A stretch of DNA of 64,000 nucleotides from Macrostomum lignano. Taxonomy: Eukaryota. Position numbers and translations under genes: made by a program. The stretch spans positions 70,679-134,678 of the forward strand of contig NIVC01001285.1 of NCBI GenBank assembly GCA_002269645.1, read 5' to 3'. Below the pieces are notes generated by a model, which was not told the DNA's origin, did no database searches, and saw only the letters and a program-made list of their open reading frames with translations. Positions 63,751 through 64,000 of this stretch are shown here, piece by piece. Within the stretch, counting starts at the first letter, position 1. Each line of letters begins with the position of its first letter.

Positions 63751-63870
63751 GGCGACTCCATAGTCATTGGATTGAACAGTGGTACGCAGCCTTCAGATGC
63801 GCTGGGCAATAGCTGCGGCTGAGCTGTTGGTTTCACATCTGGCCCAATTGGGGCAGGTGTAATCAATAAT
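63751..63870 (+). mobile_element. 3' fragment of SINE family A; Wnt intron 2
   Basis: tacgcagccttcagat...gcaatagctgcggctgagctg...cacatctggcccaattg matches the reverse complement of 11130-11250. Confidence 0.8.
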
Positions 63871-64000
63871 TCATATTATTATTTTGTTAGGAAGTCAGTT
63901 GGACCGCTTTGTCTGCGATGTTTCCGTGTCATAAATAGATCGCTAGGTTTTAGCACCATGAAGTCATGCATACATCAACAGATTGTTAAAAACAACAGTA

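Overview
Eukaryotic (animal, invertebrate) genomic DNA, not prokaryotic: GT-AG introns, SINEs and many minisatellites. The repeat load and gene style would fit a lophotrochozoan such as a flatworm, but that is inference only. Genes assembled by hand: (1) a very large ankyrin-repeat gene (-), with a 5.4-kb exon that splices onward off the left edge; (2) a head-to-head pair of DUF7802-like membrane-protein paralogues that share intron 1, where one copy lacks introns 2 and 3; (3) an atypical tetraspanin-like gene (+); (4) CFAP300/C11orf70 (-, 6 exons); (5) an achaete-scute (ASCL) bHLH gene (-); (6) a DSTYK-like dynamin-type GTPase plus pseudokinase gene (+); (7) the first two exons of a Wnt11-like gene (+) with two apparent frameshifts. 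About 40% of the window is tandem repeat, and the long ORFs inside the arrays are spurious. The most striking structure is 25.5-38 kb: two non-autonomous Helitrons joined head-to-tail (CTAG|TC). They share a scaffold with a TATA + A-box + B-box tRNA-Ser(GCU)-like Pol III module, but each carries a different multi-kb minisatellite. One of them is interrupted by a P-element derivative (THAP remnant, TIRs, 8-bp TSD). All calls come from reading the sequence and recalled family motifs; no searches were run.
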